Below, one piece after another: positions 53,518 to 63,100 of a DNA stretch of 64,000 nt; position 1 is the stretch's first letter; each line of letters begins with the position of its first letter. A program made the translations under genes and the position numbers. The notes beneath the pieces were generated by a model. It was not told the origin of the DNA and searched no databases. It saw only the letters and a program-made list of their open reading frames with translations. The DNA is from Candidatus Eiseniibacteriota bacterium (lineage in GTDB: Bacteria > Eisenbacteria > RBG-16-71-46 > CAIMUX01 > VGJL01). The stretch is from positions 16,170-80,169 of the forward strand of contig JBHGAY010000015.1 in NCBI GenBank assembly GCA_041946735.1, in the 5' to 3' direction.

Positions 53518-54771
53518 ATGCTCGCCGCGGCGAGCACGAGGGAGGAAGGGAACGTGGAGCGTCGGACGCGGGATTCCGAGGCGGGGGGCGGGGACGTCCG
53601 CCTGCAGGATGAGCAGATCGATCTCTCGACCCGAGAGGCGAGCGACGAGCAAGGCGGAGTTCGCGAGTTCCGGCGCCGCTTGCTCGCCTTCGGCTTCGGG
53701 ATCGTGACCCTCTCGATCATCGCGCTGCTCGTCGCGATCTACCTTCAGCTCATCTACCAGCTCCTCTGGGGCGTGGCATTGGCCATCCTCTTCTATCCCC
53801 TGCATCGCAAGATCCTCCGGCTCGTGCACGGGAGGACTTCCCTGGCCGCGACGATCAGCACCGCGCTGTCGATCGCGATCGTGATCGTTCCGGCGGCGCT
53901 GCTCGTCTTCAACCTCGTCGCGGAAGTCCAGGACCTCTGGCCGCGGATCGAGAACGTCGTTGGCGACAACGCCTACCAGCAGGTTTCGGAATGGCTGGAG
54001 GACTCTCCGCTGCGCTCCGTGGTCCATTGGGCGCTCGGGCCCCAGGCGGGGACCGGCCCCGAAGTGCTCGAGGAAGAAGTGCGCAAGGCGGCGCTCTCGC
54101 TGCAGGTGTTCCTGCTCGAGCAACTGCGAAAGATCACGCGCTCCGTCCCGGCGTTTCTGATCAAGCTCGGCATCACTCTCGTCACCTTCTTCTTCTTCCT
54201 CAAGAACGGGCCGGGATGGTCGAAGCAGGCGCAGCGGGGGCTGCCGCTCGCCCAGGAGCACTCCGCGCGCCTCTTCCGGATCGCCGAGCAGACGATCAAC
54301 GCCGTGTTCCGCGGAGTCGTCCTTACGGCGGCGACGCAGGCGGCGCTTGGCGGGCTCGGCTACTGGGTCGCGGGGGCGGAGGTGCCGATCCTCCTCGCCC
54401 TGGTCACCTTCATCGCCGCTCTGATCCCGTTCGTCGGTCCGGTCTTCGTCTGGCTCCCCGTCTCGATCGGGCTGCTCCTGACCGGCAAGACCTGGGCCGC
54501 GATCGGGCTCGCGGTCTGGGGAACGTGCGTCGTCAGCCTCGTCGACAACGTCCTGCGACCCTGGCTGATCGGCCGCGAGATCCAGCTGCCCTTGCTCTGG
54601 CTCTTCCTGGCGATCGTCGGCGGGCTCAAGCTCTTCGGATTCCTGGGCGTGCTCGTCGGGCCCGCCGCTCTCTCGCTCGCCGTCGCCTGCTTCCGGATCT
54701 ACATGGAAGCGCGGCGCGAAGACCACCACGAGGAGCGCCAGCCGGCAGAGGAGAACCCCGCTGCCCCGTGA
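53518..54771 (+). CDS. AI-2E family transporter (PerM/YhhT-like)
   Basis: RBS GAAGGGGG. Eight TM helices and the conserved VDNVLRPWLIG motif. Confidence 0.8.
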   Translation: MLAAASTREEGNVERRTRDSEAGGGDVRLQDEQIDLSTREASDEQGGVREFRRRLLAFGFGIVTLSIIALLVAIYLQLIYQLLWGVALAILFYPLHRKILRLVHGRTSLAATISTALSIAIVIVPAALLVFNLVAEVQDLWPRIENVVGDNAYQQVSEWLEDSPLRSVVHWALGPQAGTGPEVLEEEVRKAALSLQVFLLEQLRKITRSVPAFLIKLGITLVTFFFFLKNGPGWSKQAQRGLPLAQEHSARLFRIAEQTINAVFRGVVLTAATQAALGGLGYWVAGAEVPILLALVTFIAALIPFVGPVFVWLPVSIGLLLTGKTWAAIGLAVWGTCVVSLVDNVLRPWLIGREIQLPLLWLFLAIVGGLKLFGFLGVLVGPAALSLAVACFRIYMEARREDHHEERQPAEENPAAP

Positions 54772-54798
54772 CGAGCGCCGGACCGCCGCGGTCCGAGA

Positions 54799-55251
54799 TC
54801 AGCGGGCCAGGCGGGAGCGGTGCCGCCAGGCGGACCAGATCGGCAGGCTCGCAGCGCTGAGCGCGACGCCGATTGCCAGGTAGATCGCTCCTCGCCAGAG
54901 AGACGGCAAGGGGCTCGCGCGCAGCAGGCGGCCGAGCGCGATCATCGAAAGGACGAGCAGCCAGCTTCGCCAGGACAGAAAGCCGCCGAGGCATCGGCCG
55001 TCCCCGCGCCGTTCGATCCGCGTGACCGTTTTCGCTCCGGCTCGTTTGAGGACGAAGCGGGCCTTCAACAGACCGGCGGCGAGCGCGCCCGCCAGCTGAG
55101 GGACCGCCAGGGGCGAGCGGCTGCCGATCATCCAGGCGATGCCGGCGGCGGAGAGGCCGGCGCCGACGACGGTCCAGAGCACCGCGGCGGCCAGCAGATG
55201 CGTGCCGCGCGAGGCGGCCGGGACCGGGACGCGCAGGGGGCGGTGGGACAT
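54799..55251 (-). CDS. Hypothetical small membrane protein, 150 aa with 4 TM helices
   Basis: Hydrophobic helices with coding-like GC3. No family recognised. Confidence 0.5.
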   Translation of the reverse strand: MSHRPLRVPVPAASRGTHLLAAAVLWTVVGAGLSAAGIAWMIGSRSPLAVPQLAGALAAGLLKARFVLKRAGAKTVTRIERRGDGRCLGGFLSWRSWLLVLSMIALGRLLRASPLPSLWRGAIYLAIGVALSAASLPIWSAWRHRSRLAR

Positions 55252-55364
55252 GCTTCCGGCAACCTATCACGACCGGACGAGTAGCGCGCGCCCCGATCCC
55301 CATGCTAGGCTTCCGGGCTCGTTCGGGATCGGGACGGTCCGCCTCGGCACCACGATCCTCGGGC

Positions 55365-55961
55365 ATGAGGAGGCGTGCTTTGAGCGATACGACTGCGACC
55401 GTCTACTTCTCCGTCGACGTGGAAGCTTCCGGGCCGCTCCCCCCCCAATACAACCTGGTCTCGATCGGCGCCGTCGAGGTCCGCGCGACGCCGGAAGGAC
55501 ACCAGCTGGGGCGCGAGTTCTACGTGGAGCTGAAGCCGATCTTCCCCGGATTCCGCGCCGAGTCGATGGCCGTGCACGGAATCCCGCGGGAGCGCCTCGA
55601 AGCCGAGGGGGTGGAGCCCCGTGAGGCGATGCGGCGCTTCGCCGATTGGGTCCGCGAAGGACTGGCCGCCGGCGAACGCCCGGTCTTCGTCGGCCACAAC
55701 GCGGTCTTCGACTGGGCCTACATCAACTACTACTTCCATCACTTCGAGATGGACAACGTCTTCGGCTACAAGGCGATCGACCAGAAGTCGCTCGCGATGG
55801 GAGTCCTGCGGATCCCGTGGTGGGACGCGCAGAAGGACATCCTCGTGCAAAAGCTTCCGGGTCTGTCCGGATTGAAGGAAGGGGAGCGGGCGCACGACGC
55901 GCTCGATGACGCCCGGTTCCAGGCCCGGATCCTCTGCGCTCTCCTCGATCACAGAGGATGA
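55365..55961 (+). CDS. DEDDh-family 3'-5' exonuclease (DnaQ-like); alternative TTG start at 55380
   Basis: The Exo I, II and III motifs are FSVDVEASG, HNAVFDWAY and HDALDDA. AGGAGG lies 6 nt before the TTG at 55380. Confidence 0.75.
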   Translation: MRRRALSDTTATVYFSVDVEASGPLPPQYNLVSIGAVEVRATPEGHQLGREFYVELKPIFPGFRAESMAVHGIPRERLEAEGVEPREAMRRFADWVREGLAAGERPVFVGHNAVFDWAYINYYFHHFEMDNVFGYKAIDQKSLAMGVLRIPWWDAQKDILVQKLPGLSGLKEGERAHDALDDARFQARILCALLDHRG

Positions 55962-56926
55962 GCGGGGCCGATCGCGCGCACTCGATCCGCGACCGCTGGC
56001 CCGGCCGTCCCGCCGCCGCATCGCCTGCGGAGGGACCGCTTCTCGGGGCCCACATGTCGATCGCTGGCGGGATCCAGAACGCGATCCTGGCGGCCGCGCG
56101 CCATCGCTGTCGCGCGGTGCAGCTATTCAGCAAATCGTCGAACCAGTGGAAGGCGCGCATCCTCGCGGACGAGGACGTGGCCGCGTGGCGGGAGGCGATC
56201 GGGCGACATCCGATGATCCCGTTCGTCCACGACTCCTACCTGATCAATCTGTCCTCGCCCGATCCGACACTGCGCAAGAAGTCGCGGGAGGCATTCGTGG
56301 AGGAGATCCGCCGCTGCGATCTTCTCGGGATCCCGTGGCTGATCTTCCATCCGGGCGTCGCCATGGGCGCCAGGGAGACGGTGGGCTGCGACCGGGTAGC
56401 GGCGAGCCTCGACTGGGTCGCCGACCGGCGCCCCGACTCGCGCACCGGGCTGCTCCTCGAAACGACGGCGGGGCAGGGAAGCTGCCTGGGACATCGATTC
56501 GAGCACCTCGCCCGCATCCTGGACCGGGCGCGCTGTCGCGAGCGGCTCGGCGTCTGCATCGACACGGCGCACATCCACGCGGCCGGCTACGACATCCGCA
56601 CCGAGGAGGCGTACCGGACGACGTTCGAGGAGTTCGACCGGATCGTCGGAATCGAGCGGATCCGGGCGTTCCACGTCAACGACTCGAAGCGGGAGCTGGG
56701 GAGCCGCGTCGACCGGCACGAGCACATCGGCCGGGGCAAGATCGGCTCGCGTGCCTTCGGGTCCCTCATGCGGGATCCGCGCTTCCGTGACGTGCCGAAG
56801 ATCCTCGAGACGCCGAAGGAGGGGAACATGGATCGCTGGAACCTGGCGCTGCTGCGCCGGCTCTCACGGAATGCGGCGATCGCGTCTTCCCCGGAGCGGC
56901 GCGGAAGCGCGCCAGCGGCGAATTGA
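55958..56926 (+). CDS. nfo: Endonuclease IV (AP endonuclease, Nfo)
   Basis: LLGAHMSIAGG...FVHDSYLINL...IDTAHI TIM-barrel xylose-isomerase-like fold with metal ligands. It is ATGA-coupled to the exonuclease gene. Confidence 0.85.
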   Translation: MSGADRAHSIRDRWPGRPAAASPAEGPLLGAHMSIAGGIQNAILAAARHRCRAVQLFSKSSNQWKARILADEDVAAWREAIGRHPMIPFVHDSYLINLSSPDPTLRKKSREAFVEEIRRCDLLGIPWLIFHPGVAMGARETVGCDRVAASLDWVADRRPDSRTGLLLETTAGQGSCLGHRFEHLARILDRARCRERLGVCIDTAHIHAAGYDIRTEEAYRTTFEEFDRIVGIERIRAFHVNDSKRELGSRVDRHEHIGRGKIGSRAFGSLMRDPRFRDVPKILETPKEGNMDRWNLALLRRLSRNAAIASSPERRGSAPAAN

Positions 56927-57055
56927 GCCGACCAGCCGGGATCGCACCGGTCCGGCCGGAGACCGCCGCCGACTGTGCCGCGGAGTCGCGCTCGAGCGGC
57001 ATCCAGCAAGCTGCGGCCGGGGGGCTCTGATAGACTGGGCGAGGAAGGAGAACCG

Positions 57056-57670
57056 ATGACCCGTTTCGCCCGGATCCTGTCGCTGGCCGCTCTCGTCCTG
57101 CTCCTGGCTTCGGCCTTCTCCACGCTCTCCCGCGCTCAGCAGGAAGGGCCCAAGCTGCCTCCCGAGAAGGAGGCGGTGGCGCAGAAGATCTTCAACGAGC
57201 TCATCTCTCCCTGCTGCTGGACGACCACCGTCGCGCAACACGGCTCCGGGGCGGCGCCGAAGATCCAGGCCGAGGTGCGGCAGATGCTGGCCTCGGGCAT
57301 GACGCACGACGCGATCATCGACCGGTACGTGAAGGAGTACGGGGAACGCATCCTCGCCAAGCCCGAGCGGAGCGGCCTGAACCTCGTCGTCTACTGGATC
57401 CCGTACCTCGCGCTGGTCGGTGGGGTGGCCGCGATCTGGGTGGCGTTCCGCCGCCGGCGCGGCCGTGAAGGCGGACGTCCCGCCCTCGCGCGCGTCGACA
57501 GGACGGGGGAGCGACAGGCGCCGATCGAGAAGCGCGGGCGCCCGCCCGTCGCCATCCGGCCGTCGCCGTCCGCGTCCTCACCGACGCCGTCACCGTCGCC
57601 TGCGCCCGTTCCAGGAACCGAGGAGGACTACCGAAGGCGTCTCGAGGAAGAGGTGCGCCGCATCTCCTGA
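57056..57670 (+). CDS. ccmH: Cytochrome c-type biogenesis protein CcmH/NrfF family
   Basis: Signal peptide. The CcmH Cys pair context ELISPCCWT, then a TM anchor and a Pro/Ser-rich C-terminus. RBS GAGGAAGGAG. Confidence 0.65.
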   Translation: MTRFARILSLAALVLLLASAFSTLSRAQQEGPKLPPEKEAVAQKIFNELISPCCWTTTVAQHGSGAAPKIQAEVRQMLASGMTHDAIIDRYVKEYGERILAKPERSGLNLVVYWIPYLALVGGVAAIWVAFRRRRGREGGRPALARVDRTGERQAPIEKRGRPPVAIRPSPSASSPTPSPSPAPVPGTEEDYRRRLEEEVRRIS

Positions 57671-57679
57671 GACCGGCCG

Positions 57680-57830
57680 AAAGCGAAAACGGAAGCGGAA
57701 GCGAAAGCGGAAAAGCTGCCGGGAGGGTCGACCTTCCCGGCAGCCTTCCTTCGTCGAGCGGGCCGCGTCTAGCGGGCCGCGTCTACCTCTAGTGGGCCGC
57801 GTCCACGTGCATCGAGCGGACCGCGTCTAC
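57680..57830. repeat. Convergent intergenic repeat cluster: a (GAAAGC)n-like hexamer tract, a 30-bp near-perfect palindrome (57715-57744), and 4-5 tandem copies of AGCGGGCCGCGTCTA
   Basis: Seen directly between the ccmH stop (57670) and the sod stop (57827). The palindrome is GCTGCCGGGAGGGTCGACCTTCCCGGCAGC. Confidence 0.6.
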
Positions 57831-58429
57831 TTCGCGAGATTCTCGTTTGCGAAGTCCCAGTTCAGCAGATTCTCGATCGTCGCCGCGACGAAGTCCTTCC
57901 GCCGGTTCTGGTAGTCCAGGTAGTAGGCGTGCTCCCAGACGTCGGTCGTCAGGATCGGCTTCAGGTTCATGTGCAGGGGATTCTCGGCGTTGCTCGTCGT
58001 GACGATGGAAAGCTTTCCGCCGTCGAGGACGACCCACGCCCAGCCGCTGCCGAACTGGGCAACCGCCGCGTCCACGAACTTCCCCTGGAACGTCTCGTAG
58101 CTGCCGAACGCCTCCTCGATCTTCTTCGCGATCTCGCCGGAGGGGCGTCCGCCCCCCTTCGGCCGCATACAGCTCCAGTAGAAAGTGTGGTTCCACGCCT
58201 GGGCCGCATTGTTGAAGATCCCCTTCTTCGAAGCGTCTCCGTGCGTCTTGCGGATGATCTCCTCGAGCTTCGCATCGGCGAGCGGCGAGCCCGACACGAG
58301 CTCGTTGAGCTTGTCGACGTACGCCTTGTGATGCTTGCCATGGTGGAAGCGGAGCGTGTTCGCCGAGATCGTCGGCTCGAGGTCGGTCTCGGCATACGGC
58401 AGGGGCGGAAGCGTGAACGGCTGGCTCAT
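57827..58429 (-). CDS. Fe/Mn superoxide dismutase
   Basis: It starts MSQPFTLPPLPYA with GGAGGAAAGGAAAG as the RBS. Metal ligands are in the HHGKHH and DVWEHAYY motifs. 200 aa. Confidence 0.9.
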   Translation of the reverse strand: MSQPFTLPPLPYAETDLEPTISANTLRFHHGKHHKAYVDKLNELVSGSPLADAKLEEIIRKTHGDASKKGIFNNAAQAWNHTFYWSCMRPKGGGRPSGEIAKKIEEAFGSYETFQGKFVDAAVAQFGSGWAWVVLDGGKLSIVTTSNAENPLHMNLKPILTTDVWEHAYYLDYQNRRKDFVAATIENLLNWDFANENLAK

Positions 58430-58735
58430 GGCTTTCCTTTCCTCCAACGTCGATGGGGACGCCTGGTCTCATGCCAGGGAATGATCCGTATCGGCGGCGA
58501 CGGGTGGACGGGTGGTGGTTGTCAGCTCTGCATCGGATCGAGGATGCGGCCCGCCGCCGCCGCCGTTCAAGTGGTATCTCGACGATTTCCGTTCGGTCGG
58601 CGTCCCCTGCCGCCGTCCCTTACCTCGCGGCGGGACAGAGAAGGGCGGCCGGCGCGCGATACGCCGAGCCGCCCGTCTCTCGATCGAATGTTCGCCTGAC
58701 AACGCGCGCCGGCTTTCGGTTGCGGCGCGTCCGCC

Positions 58736-59986
58736 TTACCTCTGCGCCATCGGAATGTACGGCGACGAGATCGGTCCCACGTACACCGCCCGCGGCCGGA
58801 AGATGCGGTTGTCCTGCAAGTACTCGAGCGACCGCGCGGTCCATCCCGCGACTCGGCTCACCGCGAAGATCGGGGTGAACATGGCGGTCTCGATCTCCAT
58901 CGCTCGATAGATCAATCCGGAATAGAAGTCCACGTTCGGGAAGATCTTCTTCTCGCCGAGCTGGCCGCAGAGGAGGGAGTCGAGCTTCTCGGCGACCTGA
59001 TAGAGGCGCTTCACCTCCGGATTGCGGTCGGCGAGCAGCCGGGCGATCGGACCGAAGATCCGGGCGCGTGGATCGTACGCCTTGTAGACGCGGTGCCCGA
59101 ATCCCATGACGCGCCGCTTCGACTCCATCGCCTTGCGGAACCAGGGTTCCACGTTCTCCGGAGTCCCGATCTCCTCGAGATCGTAGAGAACCCGTTCGTT
59201 CGCGCCGCCGTGGAGTGGGCCCTTCAGGCTCGCGATCCCTGCCACGACGCTCCCGTACATGTCGGAGAGCGAGGAGTTCACGACCATCGTCGCGAAGGTC
59301 GAGGCGTTCATCCCGTGGTCCGCGTGAAGGATCAGGGAGATGTCCATCGTCCTCTCGATGACCGGATCGGGCTTCTGCCCGGTCATCATCCACAGCAGGT
59401 TGCCGGCGTGGCTCAGGGTCGGATCGGGCGGGAGCGGCTCCTTCCCTTTGCGGATGCGGGCGATCGCGCCGGTGATCGTCGCGAGTTGCGCGATCATCCG
59501 GATCGCGATCTGCTGCTCGTATTCGACCGACGTGTCGTCCGCGCGTGGGTCGAGGTTGCCTTCGACGGAGGCGCAGGTGCGCAGCGTGGACATCGGGTGG
59601 GCCTTGGCGGTCGGCACGATCTCGAGAATCTTCTTCGCCTCGGGCGCCATCGGCGCCGCCGCCCGGATCTTGGCGACGAAGCCGTCGAGCTCCACCTTCG
59701 TCGGAAGGTGGCCGTACAGGAGCAGGAAGGCGGTCTCCTCGTAGGTGGAGTATTCCGCGAGGTCGAAGATGTTGATGCCCCGATAGACGAGCCATCCCTT
59801 CGCCCCGTTGACGTAGCCGACCTCGGTGTCGCAAGCCGGCGCCCCCTCGAGCCCCTTGCCGATCTTCGCGTCGATCGGCCATTCGTGAGCGCCGGTGCGC
59901 TGCGGCTCGGGCTCGTCGCTCGTCTCCTGGAGCGCCTTCTCCTTCGCCGCCCTCACCAGTTCCTGAAGGTCATGCGTGCTCGTCAT
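58736..59986 (-). CDS. gltA: Citrate synthase
   Basis: 416 aa starting MTSTHDLQELV with GAGGAAGGA as the RBS. The signature is GFGHRVYKAYDPRA, and the catalytic His/Asp context is present. The upstream part of the track ORF is rejected. Confidence 0.85.
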   Translation of the reverse strand: MTSTHDLQELVRAAKEKALQETSDEPEPQRTGAHEWPIDAKIGKGLEGAPACDTEVGYVNGAKGWLVYRGINIFDLAEYSTYEETAFLLLYGHLPTKVELDGFVAKIRAAAPMAPEAKKILEIVPTAKAHPMSTLRTCASVEGNLDPRADDTSVEYEQQIAIRMIAQLATITGAIARIRKGKEPLPPDPTLSHAGNLLWMMTGQKPDPVIERTMDISLILHADHGMNASTFATMVVNSSLSDMYGSVVAGIASLKGPLHGGANERVLYDLEEIGTPENVEPWFRKAMESKRRVMGFGHRVYKAYDPRARIFGPIARLLADRNPEVKRLYQVAEKLDSLLCGQLGEKKIFPNVDFYSGLIYRAMEIETAMFTPIFAVSRVAGWTARSLEYLQDNRIFRPRAVYVGPISSPYIPMAQR

Positions 59987-60114
59987 CGGGTCCTTCCTCG
60001 CAACGGGCGGCGCGCGCCGCCCGGCATCAGGGTCTTTCGGCCGACTCCTACGAACGGGAGGATCACCTATACTCCGCTCCTGGGTAGTGCCGCGACCCCG
60101 AGGACGGAGGACCA

Positions 60115-63100
60115 TTGGAGAAGCCGCCGACACCGACCGTCGCCCACCAGGTGACGGATGCGGCTCGGGACCTGGCCCATGCCTTTCGGGACACCGCCAG
60201 TCGCAACCGAACGCTCGAGGATACCATTCCGGAACGCGTGATCGCAGCCGTCGTGGAGACGGCCTCGGCGCATGCGCGGCTGCCGTCCGGGGCCGAGGAG
60301 GCGGAAGTTCGCAGCCTCCTGCTCGACCTCCTCGAGGCCGGCCGCACCCCAGCCTTTCTCCGCCGGATCGCCGGCACCCCGCTCGCCGACCGCTGGCTCG
60401 AAGCGGTGCTCGGCGCCCTCGACGCGGCCGCCATCTCCCTCGGGGATCTCCTGCAGCAGCGGGCGGCCCGGACGCCCGACCGCACCTGGATCCGGGTGCC
60501 GCGCGCCAACGGTTGGGACGACGTGACCTGGGGGGAGGCCGAGGAGCGCGTCGCCGCGATCGCCCGCGGCCTGCGCGAGGAGCTGCCCGAACGGCCGGGC
60601 GCGGTCCATGTCGCAATCCTCGCCCCGAACCGCCTGGAGACGATCCTCGCCGACGTGGCCTGCCTGACGCACGGAATCGTCGACGTGCCGATCTCGTCGG
60701 ACTCCACGCCCGATCAGGTGCGCTTCATCCTCGAGCAGACCGCCCCTCCGATCCTCCTCGTGTCCGATCGAGCGCGGCTCGATGCGGTGCTTTCGGCCGG
60801 ACCGCTGCCGGCGGTGCGGACCGTCCTCTTGATGGACGAGCCGGAGGGGGACCCTCCGGTGGAGCATTGGCTGCTGCTCCGCGAGATCGAGGAGCGGGGA
60901 AGGAGCCTGGGGAGGCTTCCGCTCCCCCGGATCGCGCCGCGCGCCCTCGCCACGCTGCTCTATACCTCCGGCACGACCGGGCAGCCGAAGGGCATCCGCT
61001 TCTCGCAGCGCAACATCGTCTACAAGCGCTTCTGCAGGGCGGTCGCGATTCCGGAGATCGGCGAGGACGACACCTTCCTTTGCTACCTGCCGCTGTTCCA
61101 CACATTCGGCCGATGGCTCGAGATGACCGGGACGCTCTTCTGGGGAGCGACCTACGCGATGATGGAGAATCCGTCGGTCGAGACAATGCTGGCGCGGATG
61201 GCGCTCGCGCGCCCGACCGTCTTCATCTCGATCCCGAAGCGCTGGATCCAGCTTCACGAGCGGATCATCCAAGTCGCGGGCGGCACGATGGAGGAACGCG
61301 AGGAGATTCCCGCGGCGCGCCTGGACGACGCCACCGAGGCTGTCACCGGCGGCCGCCTCCGGTGGGGGCTATCGGCCGCCGGACATCTCGACACGGAGGT
61401 CTTCCTCTTCTTCCAGAAGCGGGGGATCGAGCTTCTGAGCGGCTTCGGGATGACCGAGGCGACCGGGGGAATCACGATGACCCCTCCGGGGCAGTATCGC
61501 CGCGGCACCGTCGGAAAGGCCCTCCCGGGAATCGAGGTGCGGCGAGCGGAGGACGGCGAGCTGCTCGTGCGGGGTCCCTACCTGATGCTCGGCTACAACG
61601 ACCCGGACGCCGGAGATCGCGACTACGAGGCGGATTGGTTCGCGACCGGCGACATCGTGCGCGAGGACGAAGACGGCTATTACACGATCGTCGACCGCAA
61701 GAAGGACATCTACAAGAACGTCAAGGGACAGACGATCGCGCCGCAGAGGATCGAGAACCTTTTCGATGAGTTCGAGGAGGTGAAGCGCAGCTTCCTGGTC
61801 GGCGACGGGCGGGAGTACAACACGCTCCTGCTCTATCCGGACTACGAGGCGGCCGGCGGCAAGCTGAAGCGCATGAGCGCGGAGGATCTGCGGGAGTACC
61901 TCTCCTCCTTCGTCGTCTCCGTCAATCGCTTCCTCGCCCCGTACGAGCGCGTGGTTGCCTTCGACCTCCTCCCCCGCTACTTCCGCGAGGACCGCGGCGA
62001 GCTGACACCGAAAGGGACGTTCGTCCGGAAGGTCGTCGAGAAGAGCTTCTCCGAGCTGATCGAGTCGCTCTACGCGCGGCCGTACGTGACCGTGACGACG
62101 CAGGGGATCGACGTGCGCGTGCCGAGCTGGCTGCTTCGCGAGAAGGGCCTCACGCCGGATTCGGTCAGCGCGGAACCGGGCGGGATTCGCCTGCGCCCGG
62201 GCGGAGAGCGGCTGACCATCGCGCGCATTCCCGGCGCTCCGGGGCGCTATCGCGTCGGGACCTTCACCTACCGGATGGAGAGCGAGGAGCGCGCGGCGGC
62301 GCCGCTCGCCGCTCCGCTCGTCGACCTCGACCGCATCCTGGCGATCGCCTCGCTCTGGGCCGGCAACCTCGAGCTGTCCCGCTTCGTCGGGGAAGGAAGG
62401 CCGAGGCGGCCGCGCACGGCGCAAGGCGGCGGCCCGCGGATCTCGATCGAGGGATGGCACCGGCCGACCCTCCTGGTCGACTTCGCGCGCGAGACGCTGG
62501 GGCGCGCCCGCGCGAAGGGAGCCACCGGGGCTGCCCTCGTCCACGCGCTGGCCGGCGCGCTGTTCGCGACGCAGGGCTCGGACGCGCTCGATGCGCTCGC
62601 CTCCTTGCGCAAGCTCCTGCAGGATCCCGCGGCAGAGGAGGCTGCGCTCGCCCGCGCGATCCTCCCGTTGCTTCGGACCCATCCGGATGCGGCCGTCCGC
62701 TCGGCGGCTCTCGCGATCCTGCTGCCCGGCGAGGTGGACGAGCGCGCCGCCGAGACGCTCGCGAGCTTCCTCGAAGTCGATGCGGACGTCTTCTCGCCCG
62801 AAGTGCGCGCGCGCGCGCTCGAGCACGAGATCACTCCGGCCGCCCTGCGATCGATCCTCCGCCTCGGCGCGTCCCTCGAAGTCCCGGCCGGACAGCCTTG
62901 GGCGGCCGGCCCCGCCCGGCGCCGGATCGAGTCCATCCTTCGCTTCTGTGTGGAGACGGCCGAGCAGTTGCCTCGCTGGTATGCGATCGTCCGACAGCTC
63001 CTGGCGGGCCGCTCCATGCAGGAGCGCGACGCGGACGTCCGCGCGCTCGCCCTCTCGCTGCGCGAGCGGCTCGACGAGCGTTTCCGGTCCTGGATCGAGT

